Positions 1 through 12,665 of a stretch of 64,000 nucleotides of DNA are shown one piece after another. The position numbers were made by a program, and so were the translations under genes. The notes beneath the pieces were generated by a model, which did no database searches, was not told where the DNA came from, and saw only the letters and a program-made list of their open reading frames with translations. This stretch comes from Macrostomum lignano (Eukaryota), in the NCBI GenBank assembly GCA_002269645.1, contig NIVC01002473.1:107087-171086 (forward strand). Direction: 5' to 3'. The first letter of the stretch is position 1, and each line of letters begins with the position of its first letter.

Positions 1-327
1 AAGCGTCATGTAAACAATCATAGAAGCGTCATGTAAAAATCATAGAAGCGTCATGTAAACAATCATAGAAGCGTCATGTAAACAATCATAGAAGCGTCAT
101 GTAATAAATCATAGAAGCGTCATGTAAACAATCATAGAAGCGTCATGTAAACAATCATAGAAGCGTCATGTAAAAATCATAGAAGCGTCATGTAAACAAT
201 CATAAAAGTGTCATGTAAACAATCATAGAAGCGTCATTTAAAAAATCATAGAAGCGTCATATAAACAATCATAGAAGCGTCATGTAAAAAATCATAGAAG
301 CGTCATTTAAAAAATCATAGAAGCGTC
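1..327 (+). repeat. ~23-bp tandem satellite (AAGCGTCATGTAAACAATCATAG)n
   Basis: About 14 near-identical tandem units from the window start. Confidence 0.95.
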
Positions 328-1072
328 TCATAACTGAGATTACGGGGGGGTTTCTGAGATGTCAAAGCAAAAGTCAGAAGCTAATTCAAAGTTCATGTAC
401 TTTACTCAATTTTTTATTGCATTCTTTGTTGGCTCGCCACGGGGGGCACTGATAGAAGAAGAGTCATGTAAAAAATAAAAGTAGCACTATGTATACATAA
501 AAGAAAAGTCATGTCGAAGTTAAAAGATTCATTTGGGAATTGCTACGATGTCAAAGCTAGGTGGAAATCGTTATAGTGCTGTGATTCTTAAAGAAGGAAT
601 CACTAAAATGTCAAGGCTTAGGGGAGAAGAATTGCTGAGATTTCAAGGCTTTATGTTGGGTTAAAGTTAGGTTTAGGTCAGGTGTGGGTTGAGGGTTACA
701 TTTTATCAGGTTTCAAGGTTAGCAGGGGATTTTTCAGATTTCAAGGTTTATGGGCGCCATCGCTGACATGTCAAGGCTTACGGGGGGAATAGCTGAGATG
801 TCAAGGCTCACGGGGGTATAAATGAGATTTCAAGGCTAAAGTCAGAAGCTACATGTAGTTTATTGAAAACTTTTTATTACATTATTTGATGCCTCCTCAG
901 GGGAGGGATCGCTGATTAAAAAAGCGTAATGTAAAAAAATAAAAGAAGCTTCATGTCGAAGTTAAGAGATTCATTTGGGAATCCCTACGATGTCGAGGCT
1001 TGCAGGGAATCGCTATAATGCTGTAGTAGTGCTATAATGACTCTTAGAGAGAATTACTGAAATTTCAATGCT

Positions 1073-1141
1073 TTAGGGTTAGGTTAGGGTTAGGGTTAGG
1101 GTTAGGGTTAGGGTTAGGGGTTAGGCTAGGGTTAGGGTTAG
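1073..1141 (+). repeat. Interstitial telomere-like (TTAGGG)n tract
   Basis: About 11 TTAGGG units with a few variants, flanked by non-telomeric sequence. Confidence 0.9.
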
Positions 1142-2055
1142 AAGGTTGACAGATATTTTTAGATTTCCAAGGCTTATTGAGGGCATTGCTGAGATGTCAA
1201 GGGGGGAAGTTGATATGTTAAAGCTTGTAGGGGGGGGGGAATTACTGACATGTCAAGGGTTACAAGGTTTGACAGGAGATTTTTTAAGATTTCAAGGATA
1301 CATGTAGCTTATTAAAAAAATATGTATTGCATTTCTTTGGCTCCCCAACGGGGGGCGTAGATTGCTAGTGATACAGACTGATAATTGGCTAGACGATTTA
1401 ATTTGATTACTTCAAGTTACAAGCTTCAATGCAATTGGCGGCGCAGATAATTTCGAACTGATAATAGCGGAAAATGATATCGAGACAAACGATTAATAAT
1501 AACTTAGTTACGCAATGGCAAGCAGATCTCAGCTTGAAGAAGAAAAACCGAACACGACCAACGGAGAAGACTCCTAACCCCTGGCCTAAACCAGAACCTA
1601 CACTCAAACGAGAGCCCTGCCGAATTGACCGTTCAACGGAGCACTGACTAAATTCTATCAGCACTGCCCTTCAGTGTGACACTGATCGAGGCCCTCTGGG
1701 TCGAGGCCACGTACTTGGTCAAATCCGACAGTCTCTATCTAACCGCGCTTGATAGCGACGACTTCAGACAGGAATCTGCCGTATACGTTACGCTACAAGA
1801 CTGAAGCGGTCGGGCAGGGGACAAAAATATGGACCGGGGGTGATGAACTCAAGCGCCTCAAAGCGCGAACCAAAACAATGGCAAGCGGCCGGAAAGCCGG
1901 GACAAAAATCAAAACCGGGGACGGAAAAACAGAAGTGAGATCTGATTGCCAAACACACTTTCATATATAGTCAGAGTCAAACCCTCACAACCCCCCTCAA
2001 GCCGGGTGGTGGTCGTCTGGCCGGCCGCTCGCTAAGCCGATTTGCACTGAAGACA

Positions 2056-2494
2056 CTCACTTAGACTTTGCGTGGCTTACACTGTTCGTAAGTCGTATCT
2101 GAAACGAAAAGTTGCATGTCTATGGTCATAAATCTGCAAATATCTTTACTTTAGTCTATCGTAAGTTGCTTTCGAGAAAGACTCACCTTCGATAAAGTTT
2201 AACTTGACTTGGCTTGACTAAAGCTTCACCACGTACTATGCGATTAGTGCTTAAGTGCGTCTTACGACTGATACCGAGCTGTCGTAGGGTTAAGAATCAA
2301 GATCAACCTTACGAAAGACCATAGACATACGAACGCTTCGAGAAACAGTCTTTTGCGCAAAGTTGCGAACTCGTAAAGTTGCGATCAATCTTACGCATAG
2401 CTAACTTGCGAGCCCTTCGAGCAACCCGTAAGTGTAGCTTACCCAACTTACGTCTATGGTCGATTGTAAGTTGCTTTCGAGAAAGACCCCCCTG
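2056..2494. mobile_element. Left-truncated copy of the Harbinger-like MITE at 11890-12426
   Basis: Near-identical to 11991-12429 but lacks the left TIR. Confidence 0.8.
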
Positions 2495-2730
2495 AAAAAT
2501 GCAGTTTTACTAGAGATTAACTGCCAAAAAACCGCTCAACTTGTTAATAGTGTTTACTAGCAGCAGTGACTATCCATTCGCAGTAAACGTGCTATTTTAG
2601 CATATACGAGTAGACATACACACCCATACAAAGTTTCTGATTGGTCCGTCGAACAGCTATTCATACCGTAAATATATTTGTGTTTCGGTGTACATCTGAA
2701 ATTTCAACTGCCACTCTCCATTCAATGCAG

Positions 2731-3123
2731 CAAAATTCAAATTCGTCAGCTGCAGCCAGGGCTCGAACCAGGATGACACAAATTACATGTGCAACAAGGC
2801 TTATGATGGCAAACTGGATTCAGATATAGGGTATCTATTAAACTGCGCTCACACGGGCAAACAAAACACCTGGTGGAAGGCGAAGACTGATAATCCCATG
2901 CTCTTCATGTACGTCAAAATCTACAACCGCGACATGCTGAGGGAGAGACTGACAGACTTCGAAGTGATCATCGACGATAAGAATGTGTGCAATCGGTACA
3001 AAGATTCGACACAATTCGCCTATAAGACTCTGAAATGCGACGGATACGGACATGAGATCATGGTGAAAAGTTACCTGCCTCAGCTGACGATCTGCGAGTT
3101 CGAGGCTTACGGAAAACCTTTGC
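2731..3123 (+). CDS. F-type lectin (fucolectin-like) domain exon 1
   Basis: AG at 2729-30, GTGAGT at 3124, 393 nt, phase 1-1. Motifs CAHT..NTWW, VKIYNRDMLRERL, LTICEFEAYG. Confidence 0.8.
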
Positions 3124-3320
3124 GTGAGTTCGACTTTGTTTTAGCTATTATAGAAAAAAGGAATAGTCGATGTAGTAACAAATATTTATGACTATTTATG
3201 TAAAGTCTACGCTTGCGCGCGGAAAATGGTGGCCACTGTTTTGCCTTGTCTACTCAATATATTTGGTCAGTTGACAGTGCAAGTGGGGGTGATGTGTGTG
3301 CTTGATCGTGACTTGGTCGG

Positions 3321-5742
3321 ATCGAAAATTACACGATACGCGAGTGTTGCGTCCTACTCACGTATCGTGTAATTTTTATTGGAGGCCTGGTCTTCACATA
3401 CATGTAATTTTCGACTAGTTGCACGTAGAAAGCTGATTCTTTCGGTGTTAGGTCCAGAATTTTGTTTTTCGTTAAAATGTCAGTGATAAAATAGTAGACT
3501 ACATTTATAAGCAGCGTACAGTTAAGTACAGTGAAAACAACCCAATTTCGTGCATTTTTGTGTAAAATACGCCAAATTTTCTTTAGAAATTTGTCAGTCT
3601 GTCACAATTCCTAGTCAATACTCAATAGCGAAAACGAGTTTTTAGTTTGTAAACTAATAATCTCATTAAGCAAGTGTAAAATAAAACAGTTTATGTATTA
3701 TAGAAAATATCACTGTCAAATGCCATTGGTTTATTTATTACGAGTATCAAAAAAGTTAATAAATTTGTGGCCTGCGTTAGAGTGAGACAAAACGGAAAAC
3801 AAACTCGACAAAGCATCTGCGACGAAGCAGAAATTTACCCGAAGGACCAGGACCTGGATCTGGATCCTGACCTAGATTTGGCTTTTTTTCAACACTAAAA
3901 CTGAGCAGCCCTGAGCAGCAAAACTGTTCCAAAAATCCACAGGTTTAGTCAAAATTTAAGTGATGGCTGATTCAAAAACAAACACAAACATCCGAGCCAA
4001 TCGAGTTGAGCAACACGGTCGCAGTGATGAGAACAGTCGGTAGCACAGTGCGGCAAAAACCAGGAGCCACTCTGGAGGCTTGCGCAGCTTGCCTCTCGAT
4101 AGTAAACGCGTGAACTCACAATCAGCGGGCAACTGAATTGGAGAATTCGAATCAGCTTGGCCACTGTCTTCTGAAACTGGGATCTGCTCCTTGCGAGCTA
4201 CATATCCGCATACATAGTACAGTGCCAACTGTTCTTCATCAGTGGGTATGGAGGATTCAGCGCTGTCTTTCGAAGTCGAAACTAGATCATTGAGATGTGC
4301 AAGTTCGTCGTCCGACAGCTCACCATCGCAACAAGCTGCTCGCGGGTTTCCGAAGCAACCCTCCTCGCGTTGGACCAACCAACTTGACATCCAGGCTGGC
4401 TTGTCTACCACAGCGGATGCAAAGTTCTCCCAGCCTCCAATTCTATCCTTTGTATTAAAGTCCTGTAGTTCATCAGGCATTTGTTGACAATGTGACGCCA
4501 GAATACAACGTTCAGTCACATTTCTAGATGACACTGAAATAATGCAATTGAGTGACAGCGCTGACTTATATTGAAAGCATTATTTAAAGAACTTTGGCAA
4601 AAATGTACCTGCAAATGTTTGCCGCATAGAGTGAGCTAGGTGGGCACATAAAGACAGATGGTGGGTCAATAGGTTGAAAATATCGCTTGATTTTTGTAAG
4701 CCTTGCATCCTTTGGCCAATGCTTTTTGCATATTCCCATGTGTTTGGTGACATTCTCGAATGATATAAAGTAAAAAAGTATTTTAAATTGCACATTTATA
4801 TGTTTATGAACCTTGTTTATCACTTAATAACCTATATAGCGCTAAATGAAATGTTATTGGTCAAAGATTTCTTATAGGTTTTATTTATAATAGCTGTAGG
4901 CCTATTAGTGTTTATACTATTTAGCACATTACAAGTTTCAAATTAATTCCTAGTGTTAGTTAATAAACAAGCTATTTAATGAAAAACATGGCTTTAAAAC
5001 TTTCTAACTACTAGGGGTAGTCATTAACATAAATAAGGTTTTTACTAATAGAAATATTTCAGTTTCAACTACAATGGGCCTAACAGACATGACATAGAAA
5101 TACATAGAAATACATAGAAAAAAAGCTTCCATTTTAATGTCAATTTCTAGAGTGTAAAATTTGAGAAACCCAAAAAGGCAAAAAGTGACTTTGGAAAAAT
5201 TGTCACTATTTTCTTGACTTATATTAGAATATAATAGGAGAACACACCCAGTCAACTATAAACAAGCCAAGCTTTCATGATGGAAGATTCCTAGACCATT
5301 TTTTCATATCAAATATGATGTTCTATATGTTATTTTTCAGAAAACAAAATTTAATTTTAGATGCAATGGTATTTGCAACCTAGAGCTATAATAACTATAA
5401 AAAAATGCTTTGTAAACATGGTCTCTTGTTGACAATTGTGATATAAAGAAACCATGTTTGTCAGCAAAAAAGAAAACAAGAAAACCAGTAGCTATTTCAC
5501 AAATCCAAATTAAAAAATGCATATTGTTATTGGCCATTAAGGGAACGTGATATAATTATTTTAATTAATAGGTGAAGTCAGCTTATCAAGTTTAGTAAGA
5601 AATGAAAACCTGAATGGTTTATTACAACACACACAGTCCTGTGCTCTATGTAGCGGTCGAATCCTAGGCTTATGTACGTAGAACTTTATACGGCTTACGG
5701 GCCTCCAAAAAAATTTCCACGAAAGCTGAGTGTCGCGTCCTA
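3321..5742 (-). mobile_element. Internally deleted THAP/P-element-like DNA transposon
   Basis: THAP-like C..HW..P.F segment (4584-4823) directly followed by a P-transposase C-terminal-like segment (LYYVCGYVARK, SRGKL; 3956-4534). Imperfect inverted repeats at ~3356-3387 and ~5700-5742. Confidence 0.65.
3956..4823 (-). pseudogene. THAP domain plus P-element transposase C-terminal remnant, catalytic core missing
   Basis: ICKKHWP...PIDPPSVF and LALYYVCGYVARK...LLSRGKL in two adjacent ORFs. Confidence 0.65.
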
Positions 5743-6398
5743 TATATAACGTAACTACTTAAGTTGTCCTTGTGTCACAAATGAGTTCCGACAAGAGCTC
5801 CATTACAACGCTTGAATGATTCTCCGCTAATGATGTTTACCTAGCGATCGACGGACGGGGATTCCATTTGCCGCTGAATGGCCGCACGAAAACAGAGACT
5901 TTAGCGCGTAGTATGTTCTAGATGTTGATGTTCTAGATGTTTGCCAAAATAGAATGGAAAAAGGTGTAGTGCGTAGTATGTTTTAGTATGCTGTAAGAAT
6001 GACGACATTCTAGTCTGTGAAAAAAAACCCGGGAAAATTTAGCCGATGTGATGAATACAATATGAATATATATTGCATGCACGATAAGCAATTATTTAGG
6101 CCCTAGACAAACCTACTTGGAGCGTTCGGAGATTTTAAAGCTAATCGCCTATCGCCGGTCGGCGAGTCCTACCAGTCTTTCTCCAATAGTCACAGTACGG
6201 TACAAGAAAAGGAAGAATGCCGATGAACACGAACCGAATAGATTTAGAGAGTGATAATCCTATATGATACAGACTGATAATTGGCTAGACGATTTAATTT
6301 GATTACTTCAAGTTACAAGCTTCAATGCAATTCGCGGCGCAGATAATTTCGAACTGATAATAGCGGAAAATGATATCGAGACAAACGATTAATAATAA

Positions 6399-9300
6399 CC
6401 CACGTAACCAAGAATCTCGCCAAAGGCTTGCGTCCCCATCGCGTGGCAATATTAGGCGATATCTCGCCTGGCGATATCTAAGCAATATCTAAGCGATATC
6501 GATCGGCGATAAATCAATACGATAGGAAATTGCCTCTAAAGTCCTATATATATGTCTAAAAGACACTAAAACGAAGTTCAAACCTATATTGGCCCATCTT
6601 GCGCGCATTCTTGCGAAATCGCCAAAACCTTGAGTTTCGATGCCTTGGCGATAATTGCACCATCGCCGAGCGATAGAACAACGTTGGGAATGCGATCCAT
6701 GCTTAATTCACATGTATTTTAGCCCACTCGACTTATAAATTCGCAATTTAAGGTCACTTCGTGAATGGTGAGTTGCAAGCGAGTGATGCTCTTCTGTTTT
6801 AGCATTATCTTCTTGGTCTATCGTACCGTACATATAAACAAGTTCGTGCATCGCGGCGCGATATTTTAGCGGTTGGCTGGCGCTGTTTTTAAGTTCATCT
6901 TGAAACTTTGATGCCAATAAGATGTATATCAAGTTAAATTTGCAGTTTTGATATATAAAAATAAAAAATATGTTCTTTTGTCGTCTTGTCCTGCTTTGTG
7001 TTTCTGACTGCAAAATTCATTTATTAATTTGATAAAATACGCGTTAAATGTATGCTCTTTTAAAAATGACGCTGCACAACTATAGTCAGAGGTCTTGATC
7101 GAATTAAGACAGATCATTAGATCGCATGTTCCCTTTTTACATATGTTATACATGTCTTACGCTCAAGATTATTTGTGAAACAAAAAACTGTGGTAAATAG
7201 TGGTAGATAGTAACAGTAGTCCAGTGCTCAGAGTTTTATTTTGTCAAACTGTGTTTTTAGCACTTCATTTTTAGATTTCTTTTGCACATCCAGATGCCAA
7301 TTTTGCACCTCGAAATGTTGGTAGACGCATACTTTTAATTACATTTCTAGAAATCAAATGCATTTTGGCTCTTTTAGAGAAATTATAACTATTACTGAAC
7401 TTAGATCAGTGCCAACTGCCAATGTAGTTGATTAGGGCCTAACTTAAATTTCCTTCATTGTTCATTTCAATTTCAACCTGATCTAGCATTGATTAGGTTT
7501 TGGAAAATTCTAAATAGCTAAACTAGCTCCAGCCTATATTCTACAAGTAGAAGATAGCTTTTGTGGACTTATTAAGGATCAGATGTATAAAATACTTGCT
7601 GATGTCCAAATCTTAAACTGCTTTTGTCAAATGTCAATACTACTACTAATGTAAAATTTAGGATTTTGGAGGATTTTTGACAAGTGGAAATTTTTATACC
7701 TAGCTATTAATGGTGATATTGATCTTCTTGAATAGAACAATAGGCCTTTCCAACCATAACCCATAGGCCATATTCCCCATGGTCCAAGTATTAAGGTTAA
7801 CTTGTTTTAGACCTTGACTTATTGTTAAATGCTAATTAGAAACTTATTTTATAGAATATAATGGCCATTGATCTTGAAATTAGATAGAACAGTGAGTCTC
7901 TATTAAAGATCAGTTACAATATAGGTAGCTAGTAGTCTATACTATATATGGCTATAGTTTATTGTCATTTTTCCATATCTATAATTTTTGACTTAGCCAT
8001 TTTCTTATGCCATGGTTTTTGGTGTTTAGGTTAGCTACCCTAGGGCTAGGCCTAGTCATTTCAAATTGACTAGATCTCAATTTTTAATATATTTTATAGT
8101 AGCTATTTATCTTAAATAGAAAAGTGGGCTTCTTTTAAAGATTAGGCTAGGCCTAATACTATATTAATACTATATTATATTACACTTCTACCTACCCTAA
8201 CACCCTGTTCCCTATACAGGTTATAGCTATGGTACTTAGCATTGATATTAGGATTATTCTAGTTATTTTTTGTAGTAAAAATGGATGCATTATTTGAACT
8301 CTCCATACCAAAAGACCTCTATTTAGACTATAGCTACAAATTTATGAACTGATATAAAATGGAACTATCCTAGTTATTTTATCATTTGGACCAAAAATGC
8401 TAGTTTTACTGGTTTAATAAAATTTGTTCACATCTTTATTTATGCAAGCAATTATATCCTTTCTTTCAGCTGTTCTACAATCTCAATTTTGGGGGCCAGT
8501 TTGTCAAGTATGCTCCCGAAGCATGAATTATCAGCCTACCAACATGCCAATGGCCTTGAGTGAGCAATGAATGACTGAAGGTCCTCAGAAGCAAAGGTTC
8601 AATTCCGGAGACTGACTGGGAGGCCCATTCCTGTACCATCCTGTCAAAGTGTGGTAAATAATTTTAAAGTTCTAGACTTCCTTTGAATTACTTATTTGGT
8701 GACTAACTGAACTGCATACTTCTGATGTGGGTGATATTCTGCACAAGCATGATAAGTCAAAGTAACTGGAATTTTACTTTGTTACATTTAATTTTTCCAT
8801 TGTGAAGTAACCAATATTTACTGTCGAATTGCTTGTTAAAGAAGTCAGAAATATTTAATATTTTGTTTTTTTTAGTCATCTGGGTTTTTCACCTTAGACT
8901 TCAAGTCATGTAATGACGTGACCGTCATTCTATTAGCATGACCAAATTGAGACGGGTTCATGCCAGCCTGGTATTTTCAAGAAATTTTATTGTTATGGGT
9001 GTCATTTTGACTTGGCTTAGGTTTTGTAAAGGGCAAAAATTTATTAAGTTACGAATTTTGAGTCATTTAAAGATTCGAGGAGTCTGACAAGAATGCATCA
9101 TACTTGTCAAATGTATGTTTTTTCTTATTGCCAACCAGCCCAGCATTTGTCTTCAATATTTGTCAAATGAAAGTCTTTAGTGCTCAAGTCTAACTATTGC
9201 TATTTTCCTCCTATATTATATTTTTCTCTCCCTGCCTGCTGCATATTTATAGCTGAATTTTCACCATACATGCTGCTGTAAGTAGCATCATTAGAAGTAA

Positions 9301-9653
9301 AATATATATTCAAAAATCGGGAGGCATTAATAAGAACTTGTGGAGTTTTCGTCTCCAGCGACTTAAAGGAAAGCTATAGGCTATCTGATGGAATAATAAA
9401 TTTGCAGTATTGAGCTGTGTCTGTTGATTCTTTCAATCATTTTTAATGCTATCATTTAAACAAGAATTATAACTGTATCGTCAATTCATCGCCAATTGCT
9501 CGCCAAACGATATCGCCGGGCGATACGGGACGATATCGCCCCTGCGGACAGCCGCGATATTTCGGCGAGATGAGGGCGATCGCTCGGCGATGTTTAGACG
9601 AATCGCCGGGCGGTATCGCCCCGATGTGGAGGCGAGGTTTTTGGTTATGTGGG
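6399..9653. mobile_element. Non-autonomous CMC (EnSpm/Mirage-like) DNA transposon, 3255 bp
   Basis: 23-bp TIRs CCCACGTAACCAAGAATCTCGCC / GGCGAGGTTTTTGGTTATGTGGG (20/23 match), 2-bp AA TSD, GCGATATC-rich subterminal repeats. Empty site with a single AA at 1501-1502. Confidence 0.8.
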
Positions 9654-10574
9654 AACTTAGTTACGCAATGGCAAGCAGATCTCAGCTTGAAGAAGAAAAA
9701 CCGAACACGACCAACGGAGAAGACTCCTAACCCCTGGCCTAAACCAGAACCTACACTCAAACGAGAGCCCTGCCGAATTGACCGTTCAACGGAGCACTGA
9801 CTAAATTCTATCAGCACTGCCCTTCAGTGTGACACTGATCGAGGCCCTCTGGGTCGAGGCCACGTACTTGGTCAAATCCGACAGTCTCTATCTAACCGCG
9901 CTTGATAGCGACGACTTCAGACAGGAATCTGCCGCATACGTTACGCTACAAGACTGAAGCAGTCGGGCAGGGGACAAAAATATGGACCGGGGGTGATGAA
10001 CTCAAGCGCCTCAAAGCGCGAACCAAAACAATGGCAAGCGGCCGGAAAGCCGGGACAAAAATCAAAACCGGGGACGGAAAAACAGAAGTGAGATCTGATT
10101 GCCAAACACACTTTCATATATAGTCAGAGTCAAACCCTCACAACCCCCCTCAAGCCGGGTGGTGGTCGTCTGGCCGGCCGCTCGCTAAGCCGATTTGCAC
10201 TGTGCCCGCGGCGCCGGGTAGACTTGGATTTTGCCGGGTGCCAGGGTCCAGGCCGGTTCTGATTGGCTGGCCGCGCAAAGCTGGGGTTCGCAGAAAAACT
10301 CAACCCTCCGCTGAGTCACGAAATGGCGTCTGACTTCTAACTGGTTTACAAATTTAAATTTTAACTAACAAGAAAAAAAGTACATTAGACCGCGTGACTA
10401 AATTGAAGCAAAATAATAATTAACAATATTTAAACTGATACAATCAATTAACTAACAAAATACACGCAAAAGATGCTCACACTACACCGACAAGACGCAA
10501 AAAATACTTAAAAGGCTGCAAGAGAATGACATCACACTGAATGCTTCTGTTTCCAAGCTTCAACAGAAGCCTGG

Positions 10575-11114
10575 TTGAAGCGAATGGGAGTGCTACACCT
10601 CAAGTCACCCAGATACCTTCCCGCTTCGAATGGAGTAGTCGAGGTAGCAGTGAAAAGGCTGAAGACCAAGCTAAAACAGCTAAACGATCCAGACCCGGAA
10701 GTTCGAATGCAACAAACTTTGTACGCCATTCGAGTCTGCCCAAGAGCCAACGGTGTCGCTCCGTGTCGAGAAATGTTTGGGCGCCAGTTTAATACTAGAC
10801 TGTCACTGCTACATCGTCGGTCGTTCCAGCACAAGAAAACAGATCAAATTCACAGTCCTGTTTGGGTCCAAGATCCCTTCAACAAGGAGTGGAGGGAGGG
10901 AGTACTTCAAGAAGCGGTTGGAGAACAGCTGAGACGAGTACAGGACCATAGAGGACGAGATCTGGTGGTGCACCGGAACCATGTCAGAGACAGAGCCGAG
11001 GCTGAAACCCACAAGCCTATCCAGGACGATGAAGAACCAAGTTCAATTCAACCTTCGGAGTCCAGGTACCCAGTGCGGATCCGGAGAGCATTGGACAGGT
11101 ACCAATCATCTTGA
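10575..11114 (+). pseudogene. Gypsy-type LTR retrotransposon integrase, C-terminal part
   Basis: SPRYLPASNGVVEVAVKRLK (integrase core end), APCREMFGR, VWVQD...WREG, HRNHVR. Confidence 0.85.
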
Positions 11115-11126
11115 AGGAAAGAGGGA

Positions 11127-11405
11127 TGATATGACGCGACTATAATATTGATATTATTTTAATTGCATATGCAGTTTGACGCGTTTTGTTTTATCTATGG
11201 ACTAAATGAAGCTGCAAAACAGGCTTGGGTTAAAATCCCGCTGTGAGAATGTGGAATAAAGAGAAATAAGAGCAAGACTAAGAACCTTGGAGCCGCGGAA
11301 ACGTCTGCTAGGATATCAGCACTAATAATTAATGCCTTAAGTATATTGAAGACTTTAAGTAACCTGAAGACATAACAATACATGTGTCCCAGAGTTGTAA
11401 TAACA
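11127..11405 (+). mobile_element. 3' LTR of the Gypsy remnant
   Basis: Polypurine tract GAAGGAAAGAGGGA (11113-11126) directly before TGATAT...ATAACA; internal AATAAA. Confidence 0.75.
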
Positions 11406-11889
11406 TCCTGCATCGCTGAATATACTACCGAAAGGTATAAAATCTATCGTTAATAATCAGTTTCATTCAAAAAAGCACAATAACGACATAGACAGATTCT
11501 TTAACGGCAGCAATTAGCTGCCGAAAAAAATCTGTATATATCGTTACATTATATTATTATTTTATAAATTATATATTATTAAGAATTTAATCAACCGCAG
11601 CGAAATAGGCACCAGCGGTTCACAAGGTAGCCCTTAGAACACAGTGGGTGGGTGAGGCCTACCACCTCAAACCAGCACCGACCCCCGACAAAGACAGTCG
11701 TTTCTTTTAAATGGATTTCTGTATAATGCATTTCTGCATAGCGATAAATTAGGGTTTTAACAATGACCAGAAAATTCCACAAAAATCATTCCAGAAAAAA
11801 TAAGCCAGGGAGACTAGAGCGGCAGAAATTTCGTAAGAACTTTGCTTGCTTGCCAGTCTTAGGTAGCATTTCATAAAAATTTCGGTCTG

Positions 11890-12426
11890 GGGGGTGTTTC
11901 TCGAAACTCACGTAAGTTCTATGGTAAGTTAGATCGTAAGAAAGAAATTTACGTGTAGCGTAAGTTTGCTCGTAAGACGCTTTCTCAAAACTCACTTAGA
12001 CTTTGCGTGGCTTACGCTGTTCGTAAGTCGTATCTGAAACGAAAAGTTGCATGTCTATGGTCATAAATCTGCAAATATCTTTACTTTAGTCTATCGTAAG
12101 TTGCTTTCGAGAAAGACTCACCTTCGATAAAGTTTAACTTGACTTGGCTTGACTAAAGCTTCACCACGTACTATGCGATTAGTGCTTAAGTGCGTCTTAC
12201 GACTGATACCGAGCTGTCGTAGGGTTAAGAATCAAGATCAACCTTACGAAAGACCATAGACATACGAACGCTTCGAGAAACAGTCTTTTGCGCAAAGTTA
12301 CGAACTCGTAAAGTTGCGATCAATCTTACGCATAGCTAACTTGCGAGCCCTTCGAGCAACCCGTAAGTGTAGCTTACCCAACTTACGTCTATGGTCGATT
12401 GTAAGTTGCTTTCGAGAAAGACCCCC
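11890..12426. mobile_element. PIF/Harbinger-like MITE
   Basis: TIRs GGGGGTGTTTCTCGAAA / TTTCGAGAAAGACCCCC with a 3-bp CTG duplication on both sides. Confidence 0.75.
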
Positions 12427-12665
12427 CTGAAAAATGCAGTTTTACTAGAGATTAACTGCCAAAAAACCGCTCAACTTGTTAATAGTGTTTACTAGCAGCA
12501 GTGACTATCCATTCGCAGTAAACGTGCTATTTTAGCATATACGAGTAGACATACACACCCATACAAAGTTTCTGATTGGTCCGTCGAACAGCTATTCATA
12601 CCGTAAATATATTTGTGTTTCGGTGTACATCTGAAATTTCAACTGCCACTCTCCATTCAATGCAG

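Larger units (their letters stand above)
1..1368 (+). mobile_element. Non-autonomous Helitron, 3' part (5' end outside the window)
   Basis: Ends in a GC-rich hairpin (CTCCCCAACGGGGGG) then GATTGCTAG at 1368, followed by T. The paralogous site 6264/6265 is an empty A|T. It shares the 28-bp minisatellite motif with the Helitron at 16487-17344. Confidence 0.75.
1369..3320 (+). repeat. Segmental duplication copy 1 (matches 6265-6398 + 9654-10202 + 11991-13257)
   Basis: Near-identical sequence by direct comparison; only a handful of substitutions seen. Confidence 0.95.

Noticed and set aside
1073-1141. True chromosome end
   Set aside because: Short tract with continuous Helitron sequence on both sides.
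1407-1970. Short ORFs repeated at 9467-10123
   Set aside because: Identical only because of the duplication; no recognisable motifs or splice context.
5770-5910. Possible LINE RT C-terminal remnant on the minus strand
   Set aside because: Needs several frameshifts to resemble a WNxLP...SFKR ending; too weak to support.
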